From Candidatus Binatia bacterium (GTDB lineage: Bacteria; Desulfobacterota; Binatia; UBA9968): 42,640 bases of DNA. The DNA is taken from NCBI GenBank assembly GCA_050735075.1, contig JBOHVJ010000474.1:1-42640 (forward strand), given 5' to 3'. Under the pieces are notes generated by a model, which made no database searches, was not told the DNA's origin, and was given only the letters and a program-made list of their open reading frames with translations. The position numbers were made by a program, and so were the translations under genes. Shown here in pieces: positions 6,819-15,301 of the stretch (its first letter is position 1; each line of letters opens with the position of its first letter).

Positions 6819-7031
6819 TCATGCAGAAGCCAGGCTCACTACAATCTCGTCCTCTGCGCCCTTCCCCAGTGCCTTTACAGTGTTCTTGGGGAGGTAGAGA
6901 GTCTTGATCGCGGCATCCGGGTCTTCCGCCTTGTACTGGTAGGTGCCGGGGGTCTCCTTGGCGTACGCCAATCGGACCTTCACAACCTTGCGGGCCGGCT
7001 TCTTGACGGCGGGGGCTTCCTCGTCGGTCAC
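6819..7031 (-). CDS. hypothetical small protein (70 aa, GTG start)
   Basis: ORF-track 6819-7154 trimmed. AAAGGAGATAGGAAA precedes the GTG at 7031. Product VTDEEAPAVKKPARKVVKVRLAYAKETPGTYQYKAEDPDAAIKTLYLPKNTVKALGKGAEDEIVVSLASA. The longer version would cover its own promoter. Confidence 0.65.
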   Translation of the reverse strand: MTDEEAPAVKKPARKVVKVRLAYAKETPGTYQYKAEDPDAAIKTLYLPKNTVKALGKGAEDEIVVSLASA

Positions 7032-7070
7032 TTTCCTATCTCCTTTTGTCAGTGAAGCTCTGTGGGGACA

Positions 7071-7099
7071 ACGGTAGCGTACTCGTTGATTGCTGTCAA
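7071..7099 (-). promoter_or_regulatory. sigma70-like promoter TTGACA-N17-TACCGT
   Basis: Read on the minus strand: -35 TTGACA (7094-7099), a 17-nt spacer, and -10 TACCGT (7071-7076). The -10 lies about 40 nt upstream of the GTG at 7031. Confidence 0.45.
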
Positions 7100-7255
7100 C
7101 TGTTAGCCACAACACGGTTACTTTGTGTGTATAGTCGGAAATGTCCGATTCCATAGTGGACTTTGCGACACACTTTCACGATGCAATTTAGGGGTGTTCT
7201 AGTATTTTTCGGATTTTCCAGCAAAACGTTTCATTTTGTATATATATGAATTTTT

Positions 7256-7477
7256 CTAGCGCAAATACCCGTAATTGTCTGGGTTGGACAGCTCGTTGAT
7301 GGCACGAATTATCCAGATGAAGATCTCACGCAGCATTTCTAGCGGGTCTTGGTCGATGCCTAGAGCCTCGCGGATGAACCAAGATGCCGCTACGTAGAAA
7401 AGAAACAAGACCAGCAGGAACATAAACACTCGCTTAGCCACTGTGTTCTCCGCAGTACCGGCATTCATGATCAACAT
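7256..7477 (-). CDS. membrane protein (73 aa)
   Basis: ORF-track ORF with the hydrophobic segment RVFMFLLVLFLFYVAASWFI. Confidence 0.6.
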   Translation of the reverse strand: MLIMNAGTAENTVAKRVFMFLLVLFLFYVAASWFIREALGIDQDPLEMLREIFIWIIRAINELSNPDNYGYLR

Positions 7478-7594
7478 GATTACCTGTTCGGTTACACCTA
7501 TGCTGCCGGTAGGTTGAATCTGATTTGGTTTTTCGCTTACTAGGCCATACCCGATTACATGTTACAGCCCATCCACTGAGTGATTGTGTCATTA

Positions 7595-8110
7595 TTACAC
7601 ATCTCCTCTCTTCAGTCTTCGCATGAACACGACTGCATGTTGAACAGCAGCAAAGGCATCTTTTCCTTTTACTGGTCCGAGCTTCCAGCGAGTCAAACGA
7701 TCACGAGTTACCCCAATACGCAGTGATCGAGGCTGGTAGCTTAATGGAATGTTCATTCGCCATAGCGAGAAGTCCAATGCTGCGTTAATTCGCACTGGGC
7801 TGAGTACTTCATCCCCTCCAATCGTTCCGATATGATCGAATCTCTCCGTCACTACATGTATGTTGTGCTTTTCAGATGAAGGCCTCGGCTCCAAGAATAG
7901 CGGGAACTCTTTCTTGATCAGGTCTAGGGCGTCTCTGATTTGCTCGTTTTCTGGTCCTCCGAACTCTCCGTATTGATACGCTTGAATATTTCGGAGGATT
8001 CTCTCAGACTCGTCTGTAAACGCCCTTGGATGGACTTTGAAGAGTGCCCATCCAGTTCTCCCGCCGGGGTCAAAGCTGATGATGGTTGTGGCTCTATGGT
8101 TTGTTCCCAT
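7595..8110 (-). CDS. RuvC-like Holliday junction resolvase
   Basis: 171 aa. The N-terminal IISFDPGGRTGWALF matches the RuvC-fold first catalytic Asp motif. Later acidic residues are VVTERFD and KGKDAFAAVQHAV. Confidence 0.7.
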   Translation of the reverse strand: MGTNHRATTIISFDPGGRTGWALFKVHPRAFTDESERILRNIQAYQYGEFGGPENEQIRDALDLIKKEFPLFLEPRPSSEKHNIHVVTERFDHIGTIGGDEVLSPVRINAALDFSLWRMNIPLSYQPRSLRIGVTRDRLTRWKLGPVKGKDAFAAVQHAVVFMRRLKRGDV

Positions 8111-8206
8111 GCTTCCCGCATTCCTTTAGTATCTTCCATGGTCTGGTCATATAACTCCTGTGACATAACAATGGGTGGAGTCAAATTCCGTCACTATGAT
8201 CGTTGG

Positions 8207-8419
8207 CTACATCCATAGCTCCCAAATCCGAAAAAGATCGGGGTGTTCCCTGATGTATTTGATGCCGGCAGTAAACATGACATCCTGAAGCCCTTCAATC
8301 GCCCAGTCGTCATAGCTTCCGCCGACTCCCTCTTCGGCAGCTTGCTTATGCTCCTTGGTCCAACTATCTGAGTCGTTTACTACTACACTAAAGGTCAGTG
8401 TACGCCGTGTCGCGCTCAT
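8207..8419 (-). CDS. hypothetical protein (70 aa)
   Basis: ORF-track ORF whose start overlaps the upstream stop by 4 nt. No motif recognised. Confidence 0.55.
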   Translation of the reverse strand: MSATRRTLTFSVVVNDSDSWTKEHKQAAEEGVGGSYDDWAIEGLQDVMFTAGIKYIREHPDLFRIWELWM

Positions 8420-8643
8420 GTGGTTTCGGTCCTTTTCTTATTGATAGCTTCAAGAGCTTGGAACACCACTCGTTCGGCTGCAACTAGTATGGCGGATAAT
8501 TCGTCATCCTGACAGACTGCTCCGCACATTTGTGGCTGACCACAGCATCGCCACCATCGCAGCAACCGCGCTAAGCCGGCAATGTTCTCCGGCGAGCCCG
8601 GCACTTCCTCTATGCGTAGTTTCTCACTCATCCTTGTATCCAT
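8416..8643 (-). CDS. hypothetical Cys-containing protein (75 aa; alternative start at 8631)
   Basis: ORF-track ORF overlapping the end of the polymerase gene. Contains CCGQPQMCGAVC. Start is uncertain between the ATGs at 8643 and 8631. Confidence 0.5.
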   Translation of the reverse strand: MDTRMSEKLRIEEVPGSPENIAGLARLLRWWRCCGQPQMCGAVCQDDELSAILVAAERVVFQALEAINKKRTETT

Positions 8644-10651
8644 CTCCCCAGCTACGCCCGTACACCTTACCGGCGGCGGTAAACGGCACTCCCATGAACT
8701 TCGTCGACATTATTTCAGCGAAGGTGTCTGCAATCTTCTGGGCTTTTTGTTGCGGTCCCTGTCCCAAGATTTCATCGTGGATCACGAGTAGCGCGTGCTT
8801 TCCGTGCTCGCTTTCGGCAATCCGTACCAGACCTTCAGCCGTCATGTCGCGGCTAGCGCTCTGCACACGGTAATTCACTGCCCTGTACGCTTTGATAGCG
8901 TCCACAATTAGGCGACGGCCTATCGGGGTGACCACCACACCTGTTTTGTCCCGCAACAATTCGTTGATCTCGCTGCGTAGTGCTCGTTTCAGTGCCTTGC
9001 CCGCATTGCTGTTGTCACAGTCCCACGTCTGGCGCTGGAAATGCTTCAGCATTGCATAATCAGTATTAGATAAGGCGTCCCGTAGCACTCCTTCGGTAGT
9101 CTCCCGTTTCCATCGGGCCATTACAGGGTATGCCTTGTTGTATCGGCTCACGAGGGAGGCTGCCGTTTCGATATCAATACCCGTCTGTTCAGCGAGAGTC
9201 TTAGCACCCCCGCCGAACAGCCAACCAAAGTTCAGGTTCTTGGAGAATTTATACTCGCGGTCTGAGTAGTTTTTTCCGAAGACAGTTTCCGCAGTCAGTT
9301 TGTGAATAGAGAAGTTGTCGTGTGCCGCTTGAATAATTTTGGGCTCACCGGATAGCGCTCCCGCCATCCGCATTTCCTGCTGATCATAGTCCACCGAGAA
9401 GATGTGCCAATTATAGTCAGCAATGAAGCACTGCCGAATCCGTTTCTCATGAGAGGGAACATTGTGGAGTTGAATGTCTGACATCGACATGCGAGCGGTT
9501 CGGGCAGCAAGAGATTTGATTGTAGGGTGTGCTTTATCGTTGACATCCCGTTCCTCTAGCGCTGCGTCAAGCCACGCCGCTTTACGCTTACGTAGTTGTT
9601 TAGCGGCCAGGACATGTGAGACGAGGGCGCCAAGGTCTCCGTCTGCATACTTAAATTGATGAAGCACAGTGTTGTCAACTTTGAGCTTTCCCGTCTTTGT
9701 GCGTTCAACAAGATGAGCGCCATGAGATAACATAGCTGTTGACAGTTGGGCGGTGGAATTGATGTTCGGCACGCCATACCAATCAGCCCACATTTCATTT
9801 GACTCTGCATCGAACACCATTTCCTCAGCAAGTTTACGAGTATATTCAACATCTACCCGTATGCCTTGTCGCTGTAATACATCACATGCACGCTGTACTC
9901 TGTGCTCGAAATCAGCAAGCCGGCGCTGTCCTTTTCGTTGTCGCAATACGCTGACGAGGTGACGCCATACTCGGATCGTGTTCAGTGGATCGGACCCAGC
10001 GTACCGAAGGTAGGTTTCATTGTGGAGAGGAATAAGGGTCCAGCCCTCAGAGAGCTTAGCTTTACGATACTTCTGCGTACCCTTTCTCGGTCCAGACCGG
10101 TAGACCTCTCCCGGAATTTCTATCTGAATCTGCTTGAATTCAGCTTTCAGGTTCTTCTCGAATCGGAAGACACCACGGTCTACGTGCGCAATGGCGAGAT
10201 CTTCCAGTCGGTTGCCTGTTCCGCCCTCCTTCTTATTTCTTGAGTCAAGAAGATGGCCCAGGATAAACGTGTCTGTGCAGGAGGGGAGCAATCCTGTCTC
10301 ATAGTCAAGGTGTCTATCGATAGCCCGCACATCGTGAGGGGCGTTGTGGCAGACCCATTTACGCTCAACAGAAAGTACCTCTCGAATCAACCGGCGATAC
10401 CTGGCGGGAATAATGTACACGCAGTGGTCATCACCAAACTGGAACATACGAAGACGCCAATTCGGATGGTGCGAGTTGATACCCGTGGACTCCGTGTCAA
10501 AAGACATTCGCCTGGAGCTAGTAGCGAAGTCAAGTACTTCTGCAAAGTCTCTAGGAGTTTGGACAGCATTAATCGCACAAGTATCTCCCGCGATTTGTTC
10601 GTTAAGCCGGATCATACTGCCGCTTTTCGTGCTCGTATGATTCTCGTCCAC
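8624..10651 (-). CDS. family A DNA polymerase with 3'-5' exonuclease domain
   Basis: 675 aa. ExoI motif MSFDTESTG, pol motif A DYDQQEMRM, motif B KFSKNLNFGWLFGGGAKT, motif C LVIHDEIL. No 5'-3' exonuclease domain is present. Confidence 0.92.
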   Translation of the reverse strand: MDENHTSTKSGSMIRLNEQIAGDTCAINAVQTPRDFAEVLDFATSSRRMSFDTESTGINSHHPNWRLRMFQFGDDHCVYIIPARYRRLIREVLSVERKWVCHNAPHDVRAIDRHLDYETGLLPSCTDTFILGHLLDSRNKKEGGTGNRLEDLAIAHVDRGVFRFEKNLKAEFKQIQIEIPGEVYRSGPRKGTQKYRKAKLSEGWTLIPLHNETYLRYAGSDPLNTIRVWRHLVSVLRQRKGQRRLADFEHRVQRACDVLQRQGIRVDVEYTRKLAEEMVFDAESNEMWADWYGVPNINSTAQLSTAMLSHGAHLVERTKTGKLKVDNTVLHQFKYADGDLGALVSHVLAAKQLRKRKAAWLDAALEERDVNDKAHPTIKSLAARTARMSMSDIQLHNVPSHEKRIRQCFIADYNWHIFSVDYDQQEMRMAGALSGEPKIIQAAHDNFSIHKLTAETVFGKNYSDREYKFSKNLNFGWLFGGGAKTLAEQTGIDIETAASLVSRYNKAYPVMARWKRETTEGVLRDALSNTDYAMLKHFQRQTWDCDNSNAGKALKRALRSEINELLRDKTGVVVTPIGRRLIVDAIKAYRAVNYRVQSASRDMTAEGLVRIAESEHGKHALLVIHDEILGQGPQQKAQKIADTFAEIMSTKFMGVPFTAAGKVYGRSWGDGYKDE

Positions 10652-10660
10652 TGACGTATG

Positions 10661-11266
10661 TCACTTCTCTTGTGCATTACTAGTCACTCCCACTTCCCGC
10701 AGCCATTCTCCGAAGAACTCCCAGTGTTCCTCAATAGTGGGGATAGCACTTTCATTTCGCAGCCCATAGGCGGGGTGGATCATCGGCCAGATAAAAACGC
10801 TGCCGTTGTCGAACTGCCTACCCGCGTTCCTAAGGACGCCTCCTGTTATCTGCGGAGCCACAGCCCCCATAGCTGTCCCGCCCACGGGCACCAACACTCG
10901 CGGCTTTCCGATCAAACGCCACTCCCTCTTCAGGTAGTGGGTGGATCGGAGCACTTCACGAGCGGTGGGGCACCTATTCATAGGTGGACGGTATTTTACC
11001 ACATTGGTCAACCAGGCATTACCCCGGAACATTACGGAGAGTCCTGCCATATCCATCAACTCGCGGAGTACGCGGCCGGCCTTCCCTGCAAACGGTTGCC
11101 CTCGGGCATTCTCCGTCGCACCGGGAGCCTCACCAATCACCATGACGAGAGGATCATTAGCACCAACGCCAGGCACAAGACGCACACCGCTAGTGCGGAG
11201 ATGACTAAACGCCCGATCTTCATGAATCTCTTCCCATAGGTCTATGAGAGCAGAATGGTTGACCAC
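10661..11266 (-). CDS. uracil-DNA glycosylase, family 4 type
   Basis: 201 aa with GEAPGATENARGQPFAGKAGRVL (family-4 motif A) and HPAYGLR (motif B). GTG start. Confidence 0.85.
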   Translation of the reverse strand: MVNHSALIDLWEEIHEDRAFSHLRTSGVRLVPGVGANDPLVMVIGEAPGATENARGQPFAGKAGRVLRELMDMAGLSVMFRGNAWLTNVVKYRPPMNRCPTAREVLRSTHYLKREWRLIGKPRVLVPVGGTAMGAVAPQITGGVLRNAGRQFDNGSVFIWPMIHPAYGLRNESAIPTIEEHWEFFGEWLREVGVTSNAQEK

Positions 11267-11272
11267 AGCTAC

Positions 11273-11374
11273 CTAACCAAAAAATAGATAGAGAACAAAA
11301 CCAACAAAAACTAGTAGGCTTACAAAACCCAAGACATTTTGCCAGCCGTTATGAATGGCCCTATTATTTGTCAC
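11273..11374 (-). CDS. 33-aa hydrophobic membrane peptide
   Basis: Below the ORF-track cutoff. GGAGG lies 9 nt before the GTG at 11374. Product VTNNRAIHNGWQNVLGFVSLLVFVGFVLYLFFG. Confidence 0.35.
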   Translation of the reverse strand: MTNNRAIHNGWQNVLGFVSLLVFVGFVLYLFFG

Positions 11375-11380
11375 AACAGT

Positions 11381-11512
11381 TTACCTCCATGACGATGCTG
11401 GATGAGGATACGGCGATGGCCTTTGGTCCGGTGGCGGTTCGGGTTTGCAGCCGGCCATGAGACCTGTCAGCAGTATCGCCGCGAGGCAGACGAGCATGAG
11501 CTGGTTTCTCAC
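11381..11512 (-). CDS. 43-aa lipoprotein (lipobox LMAGC)
   Basis: Below the ORF-track cutoff. The GTG at 11512 overlaps the upstream stop (GTGA). Product VRNQLMLVCLAAILLTGLMAGCKPEPPPDQRPSPYPHPASSWR, i.e. a signal peptide plus a lipobox Cys. An internal ATG alternative gives MLVCLAA... Confidence 0.5.
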   Translation of the reverse strand: MRNQLMLVCLAAILLTGLMAGCKPEPPPDQRPSPYPHPASSWR

Positions 11513-11997
11513 TGATTTTCTCCGTTTTCAGGGGGTGTCCATCCCAGACTTTCCAACACCCGGATCATGTCGGGATTCAGCTTGTAAATAGGCTTCTCGT
11601 TGAGTACAGTCTCCACGGTTGGCGCCAGTAGAGAAATCTGCACCACAGGAAAATCTTTTGCCGAGAGAGTCATGTCAATTTTCGTGACTATATTTGAGAT
11701 TCTATGTCCATCTACTAGAACCTCATATTTGCCCTGACCTTCAGATCGTACTACAAAATCTCTCATTAGTTTTTCCACTCCGATAAGAGAGAGAGAAATG
11801 CCTTCCTGAGTGGCGCCGCTATCTTCAAGCTCAACGTAGCCGTCTCTGCTCTTGATAACCCCATTCGTTGCGATTGCCGCAAGCTTCCGGGCCGCTGGCG
11901 TCACAGCTTCGAACGATGGAGGGTGTCCTGGGCTGCCCCACAGGCGATCCGACTGGGCGAGCCAGGCGCGAATCGGCTTAAAAATCTTGTCACGCAC
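11509..11997 (-). CDS. hypothetical protein (162 aa)
   Basis: ORF-track ORF. AAAGGAGAAAA SD precedes the GTG start. No motif recognised. Confidence 0.65.
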   Translation of the reverse strand: MRDKIFKPIRAWLAQSDRLWGSPGHPPSFEAVTPAARKLAAIATNGVIKSRDGYVELEDSGATQEGISLSLIGVEKLMRDFVVRSEGQGKYEVLVDGHRISNIVTKIDMTLSAKDFPVVQISLLAPTVETVLNEKPIYKLNPDMIRVLESLGWTPPENGENQ

Positions 11998-12022
11998 TAG
12001 TTTTCTCCTTTGAAGAAAGGAA

Positions 12023-12065
12023 GAGAGACGTAGGCCAACCCCTCAGAAACACCTACGTCCCTCTC
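12023..12065 (-). terminator. terminator-like hairpin after the SSB-like gene
   Basis: GACGTAGG/CCTACGTC (8 bp) extends with GAGA/TCTC across a 2-nt bulge. On the minus strand it is followed by TTCCTTTCTTC. It is probably leaky, because the next SD follows at once. Confidence 0.4.
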
Positions 12066-12168
12066 CCGGTACAGGAAGGCGACCAACAACATGGCGCGGG
12101 AAGACATCCAACCAGCCCAATGTCCTATTGTTGGTTCTTACCCGGCTGCCCGACCTCCCGGCTCTTAT

Positions 12169-12849
12169 CTACCGACGACGGCTCTTTGAGGACTTCTTCT
12201 TTCGTGGAGGCTCAGGCTCCTCCTCCTCCTCCTCCTCCTCTTCATCAGATTCCTCATCGTCCCAGTCGTCCTCATCATCCGAAGTGGAATCCTCGTCAGA
12301 GTCTTCCTCGTCAGAGTCTTCCTCGTCATCCCAGTCGTCGGCTTCCTCGTCCTCATCATCCGAAGTGGAATCCTCTGTGAGAGGTGCATACCCGTTGATC
12401 TGCTTCGGGTACTTGTCCGCCTGTTCACCGTCGTTATCGGTGATGGAGAAAATGATGTCATCGGCGTTCTTCATTACCCACTTGCCGATCTTCAGAACAT
12501 TCCCATCCTCATCGATCTTGGTGTGCTTCAGGAAGTCGGTACCAGAAACTCCAATGGCGTCAAGAAAAGGAACATACCGGAACTCAGTACCCTTCTTGAT
12601 GGGAAGGAAATCCATCACAAAGTAACCCTTGTACCGCTTCTCGCTCTTGTCCCGAGGAACCAGCTCCAGGCCGGGACGCAGTGAGGGAAACTTCCCCTTT
12701 TCCTTGACCTGCCTCAGTGTCTTGATAGTGCCACGGTATGCACCATTCCTCGGGAGGGGACCCATGTACCGCTGACCACTACGGTCATAGCCGTCAATAT
12801 CCTTCTGAGATGGGGTGTCCTTACCGGAACCCCAGTTTCCCTTAGGCAT
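12169..12849 (-). CDS. SSB-like protein with hyper-acidic C-terminal tail capped by a basic patch
   Basis: 226 aa with a strong SD (AAAGGAGAAAGA then ATG). It sits in the position occupied by gp2.5/DUF2815-type SSBs, next to the Sak4-like ATPase and nuclease. The C-terminal ~75 aa is D/E/S-rich (..DDEDEEADDWDDEEDSDEEDSDED..EEEEEEEEE) and ends in PPRKKKSSKSRRR. ssDNA binding is inferred from context. Confidence 0.7.
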   Translation of the reverse strand: MPKGNWGSGKDTPSQKDIDGYDRSGQRYMGPLPRNGAYRGTIKTLRQVKEKGKFPSLRPGLELVPRDKSEKRYKGYFVMDFLPIKKGTEFRYVPFLDAIGVSGTDFLKHTKIDEDGNVLKIGKWVMKNADDIIFSITDNDGEQADKYPKQINGYAPLTEDSTSDDEDEEADDWDDEEDSDEEDSDEDSTSDDEDDWDDEESDEEEEEEEEEPEPPRKKKSSKSRRR

Positions 12850-12898
12850 TCTTTCTCCTTTGTGTTGTGTTACTTAGGGGGGTTGTTTTCTGGAACAA

Positions 12899-13120
12899 CT
12901 AGGGCTGCACGAACGAGAAACAGTCCTTTGCTTCCAGTAGCTTACGCAGACCTTCGGTAAGCTCTAGTGAGTCTGGCAGTGAGTCTGGCAGTGTCTCAGT
13001 CATTATGACAGCGAGGTCATAGCACTGATGTGACACCATTCGCAACGGAAGGGGCAGATGATCGCAGGCAAAGAATTGCATTACGTGCCGTATGCTGGCC
13101 TGCCTATCTTCGAGATTCAT
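12899..13120 (-). CDS. hypothetical protein (73 aa)
   Basis: ORF-track ORF whose start overlaps the upstream stop (4 nt). Contains a 12-nt x2 tandem repeat gagtctggcagt (12969-12992, giving DSLPDSLP). Confidence 0.55.
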   Translation of the reverse strand: MNLEDRQASIRHVMQFFACDHLPLPLRMVSHQCYDLAVIMTETLPDSLPDSLELTEGLRKLLEAKDCFSFVQP

Positions 13121-13959
13121 GTCTCCTCATTCTTTCCAATGTGTTTCATAATTTCCGGCATGCTGGTATCCGTCATGATTCGGGGCAGTACGTCAAACTG
13201 ATCCTTCGCAACATATCGGGTTCCGGAGTCAGGATCGATTCGTTCACTAAACAGGATACGGCGGGTCAGTCGCTTTTCCTTTTTGTTGCGTACCTTCTTC
13301 ATGTGCCCTACGACGTGCATCATGCCACACACAAAGTTGCTTAGTGCTCCGTCCGATTGCTGAAAGGATGGCATTACAATCCGATTTCCATCGTCATCAG
13401 TCAAGCGCATTGCGTGTGCTGTGACAATTGTGTTTACTGGCAAATCGACTAGTCGGGGGATGACTCCTCGGAGGTAGTTTTGAGTATTGAAGTAATCCGG
13501 CTTGTCCGGTAGGTTGCGGTGCACCCGCTTCGCTGGATTAGCATCAAATGCCTCAGCCGCATAACCAAGGCGAACTCTCGACTCCAGTGATGTAGCACCT
13601 TCAAGGATTACCCATTTGAATTTCTTCCATCCTCCGCCCTCAAGCCAGTCTAGTCCCGCCAACAGCATAGCGGAGTTGTTTACTATTCGTATCTTCCGGG
13701 GTCCCACGTCGATGCCTTGGCGTTGCCAGTACCTAGACGCTGAGATATACCCCGGTTCACAAGCTAGAATCAGCGAGCGCGCGGCAGAACCAATGAGCGT
13801 CGTCTTCCCCGAGTCAGGGTCACCGTAGAACAGGAAGTTAGCAGACTCCGAGTTACCATCCAACTCTCGGATTTCCGCAGCGAAGTCATCGGGAGTAATG
13901 ATCTCCCGTTCCGTCGTTGGAGACTTCCGCCTTGGAGACTTCCGCGTTGGTTTAGCCAC
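13117..13959 (-). CDS. Sak4-like / AAA_24-type RecA-fold ATPase (recombination)
   Basis: 280 aa. Walker A FYGDPDSGKTTL. The size and its position between the nuclease and the SSB-like gene are typical of phage Sak4-type single-strand annealing/recombinase ATPases. Confidence 0.75.
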   Translation of the reverse strand: MAKPTRKSPRRKSPTTEREIITPDDFAAEIRELDGNSESANFLFYGDPDSGKTTLIGSAARSLILACEPGYISASRYWQRQGIDVGPRKIRIVNNSAMLLAGLDWLEGGGWKKFKWVILEGATSLESRVRLGYAAEAFDANPAKRVHRNLPDKPDYFNTQNYLRGVIPRLVDLPVNTIVTAHAMRLTDDDGNRIVMPSFQQSDGALSNFVCGMMHVVGHMKKVRNKKEKRLTRRILFSERIDPDSGTRYVAKDQFDVLPRIMTDTSMPEIMKHIGKNEET

Positions 13960-13999
13960 TAGGGCGCCAATCTGTTCCAGATATTTCGGCAGGCATTAG

Positions 14000-14149
14000 T
14001 CACTCACTCTTCCTAGGGATTAATCCCCGTCGCCAGCCAGGTGGAAGGAAGTCACGACTGGTGTCATTGCTGGGCGTCAGCAACTTTGGAACGATCTTTG
14101 GTGGTGCCTGCTTGGGCTTACGTCGTTCCAGTGGGAGCTTCTTAGTCAT
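14000..14149 (-). CDS. small basic protein (49 aa)
   Basis: Below the ORF-track cutoff. A strong AGGAGGAAAGCC SD precedes the ATG at 14149. Product MTKKLPLERRKPKQAPPKIVPKLLTPSNDTSRDFLPPGWRRGLIPRKSE. Confidence 0.5.
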   Translation of the reverse strand: MTKKLPLERRKPKQAPPKIVPKLLTPSNDTSRDFLPPGWRRGLIPRKSE

Positions 14150-14182
14150 GGCTTTCCTCCTAGGTATTCTGGATTGCCTATG

Positions 14183-15262
14183 TCAACTGAACTCAAAACT
14201 ACTCACCTCATCCGAACTTTTACGGTGGTCAATAAACGGGTCTCGTTTGACGTACATGGCATCACGGTACGTCTGCCAGTTACCCCCGTTTTCCTCAAGT
14301 TCGCACATTCCGAAGAATTCGCAGAAACGGGTGCAACTCCAGTGCGGCGTCTTCATGATCACCGACTCTCCGTGCTCGGCTACCTCCGCACGCAGGTCCA
14401 GCATGCGCCGTGCATCCTGCTGAAGTCTATTCAGAAACCGCTTACGGGCCTTGGTGGTGCGGTGGATAGGGTGTCGGTGAAACAAAGGCTTAGGCTGGGT
14501 CTTTGAGCGGCTGCCGTTTTTGTTCAGCGCGTAGCCTTCGTCGTCAATGGGGCGGGTGTCCGGTAATCCTTTTCGAAGGAAGTTATACATGATGCCGTGA
14601 ATTCGTTCATCAGAGGCCAGCAGACCTTTCCGCCGCAGTGATCGTTCCGCCGTGCTGAGGTAGGTGGACGGTTGTTCATCCAGAGACAGATGTGATGTGC
14701 TGATGGTTTTAGCGGTTTTGTGTTCCAGCAACCAGGCATAACCTGTCATTCCGTCTCGGTAAACGCCGTCCACTGTGCCGACTTGCTGGACTCGTACTTT
14801 GCTTCCGGGAATGGGAATTCGGAAGCTGATGGTTTTCTCGGGCTTGAGAATCAGCATATTCTCGTCGCGACCATAGAAATTAACGTACTCTTCAAGTAGA
14901 GTGACACCCAGGTCCTGCATGGAATGATACTTATCTTCCTTCTCTTCGGACTCGATCTTCACACTACGAAGGTCACTGTCCGAGATCTGGGAGAAGATGT
15001 CAGCAGGGTGCGGTCCACGTTTTTTCCCTGGTCCGCAGTACCAGGCAGCCAGAGCCTCATGTACCCATGTCCCAAACACCAGTGGATCACTGGCCCGGCG
15101 TGGCGCAAGTCCATCTTCATAAGCCCACCAGTAGGCACGCGGGCAGCGCTTGAATTTGGTACGGCTAGAATTTCTAACGATGAGGGGTTTCAATTCAGGC
15201 TCCAAGGTGGGGTGGGGGTGGCGGATGCGTTCAGTTGCACTCGACCGTGTTCGGTTGCGCAT
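14183..15262 (-). CDS. PD-(D/E)XK Cas4/RecB-like exonuclease with Cys cluster
   Basis: 359 aa. Motif GTVDGVY...AWLLEHKTAK (D...ExK). There is one N-terminal Cys (FKRCPRAYWW) and a C-terminal SCTRFCEFFGMC, as in Fe-S Cas4/AddB-type nucleases. Confidence 0.82.
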   Translation of the reverse strand: MRNRTRSSATERIRHPHPTLEPELKPLIVRNSSRTKFKRCPRAYWWAYEDGLAPRRASDPLVFGTWVHEALAAWYCGPGKKRGPHPADIFSQISDSDLRSVKIESEEKEDKYHSMQDLGVTLLEEYVNFYGRDENMLILKPEKTISFRIPIPGSKVRVQQVGTVDGVYRDGMTGYAWLLEHKTAKTISTSHLSLDEQPSTYLSTAERSLRRKGLLASDERIHGIMYNFLRKGLPDTRPIDDEGYALNKNGSRSKTQPKPLFHRHPIHRTTKARKRFLNRLQQDARRMLDLRAEVAEHGESVIMKTPHWSCTRFCEFFGMCELEENGGNWQTYRDAMYVKRDPFIDHRKSSDEVSSFEFS

Positions 15263-15301
15263 CTCTTACCTAGTGCTAGACCACCGAGCTATCGAGCTAG
15301 C

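Noticed and set aside
6412-7055. Plus-strand ORFs 6412-6603 and 6564-7055 (and 6163-6402) covering the ORF-poor locus
   Set aside because: They have no SD, start with non-ATG codons, and oppose all neighbours. The second overlaps the well-supported minus-strand gene 6819-7031 and its promoter. They are better explained as chance ORFs in GC-rich structured DNA.
6819-7154. Full-length 111-aa version of the ORF ending at 6819
   Set aside because: A strong SD plus GTG at 7031 and a TTGACA-N17-TACCGT promoter both lie inside the putative N-terminal extension. The extension also has an odd composition.
7520-7533. Identical 14-mer CTGATTTGGTTTTT in two intergenic regions (7520-7533 and 18930-18943), each 45-70 nt upstream of a minus-strand start codon
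   Set aside because: A few identical 14-mer pairs are expected by chance in 42.6 kb, the motif is T-rich low complexity, and flanking similarity is weak. It is noted but not compelling without a motif-enrichment test.
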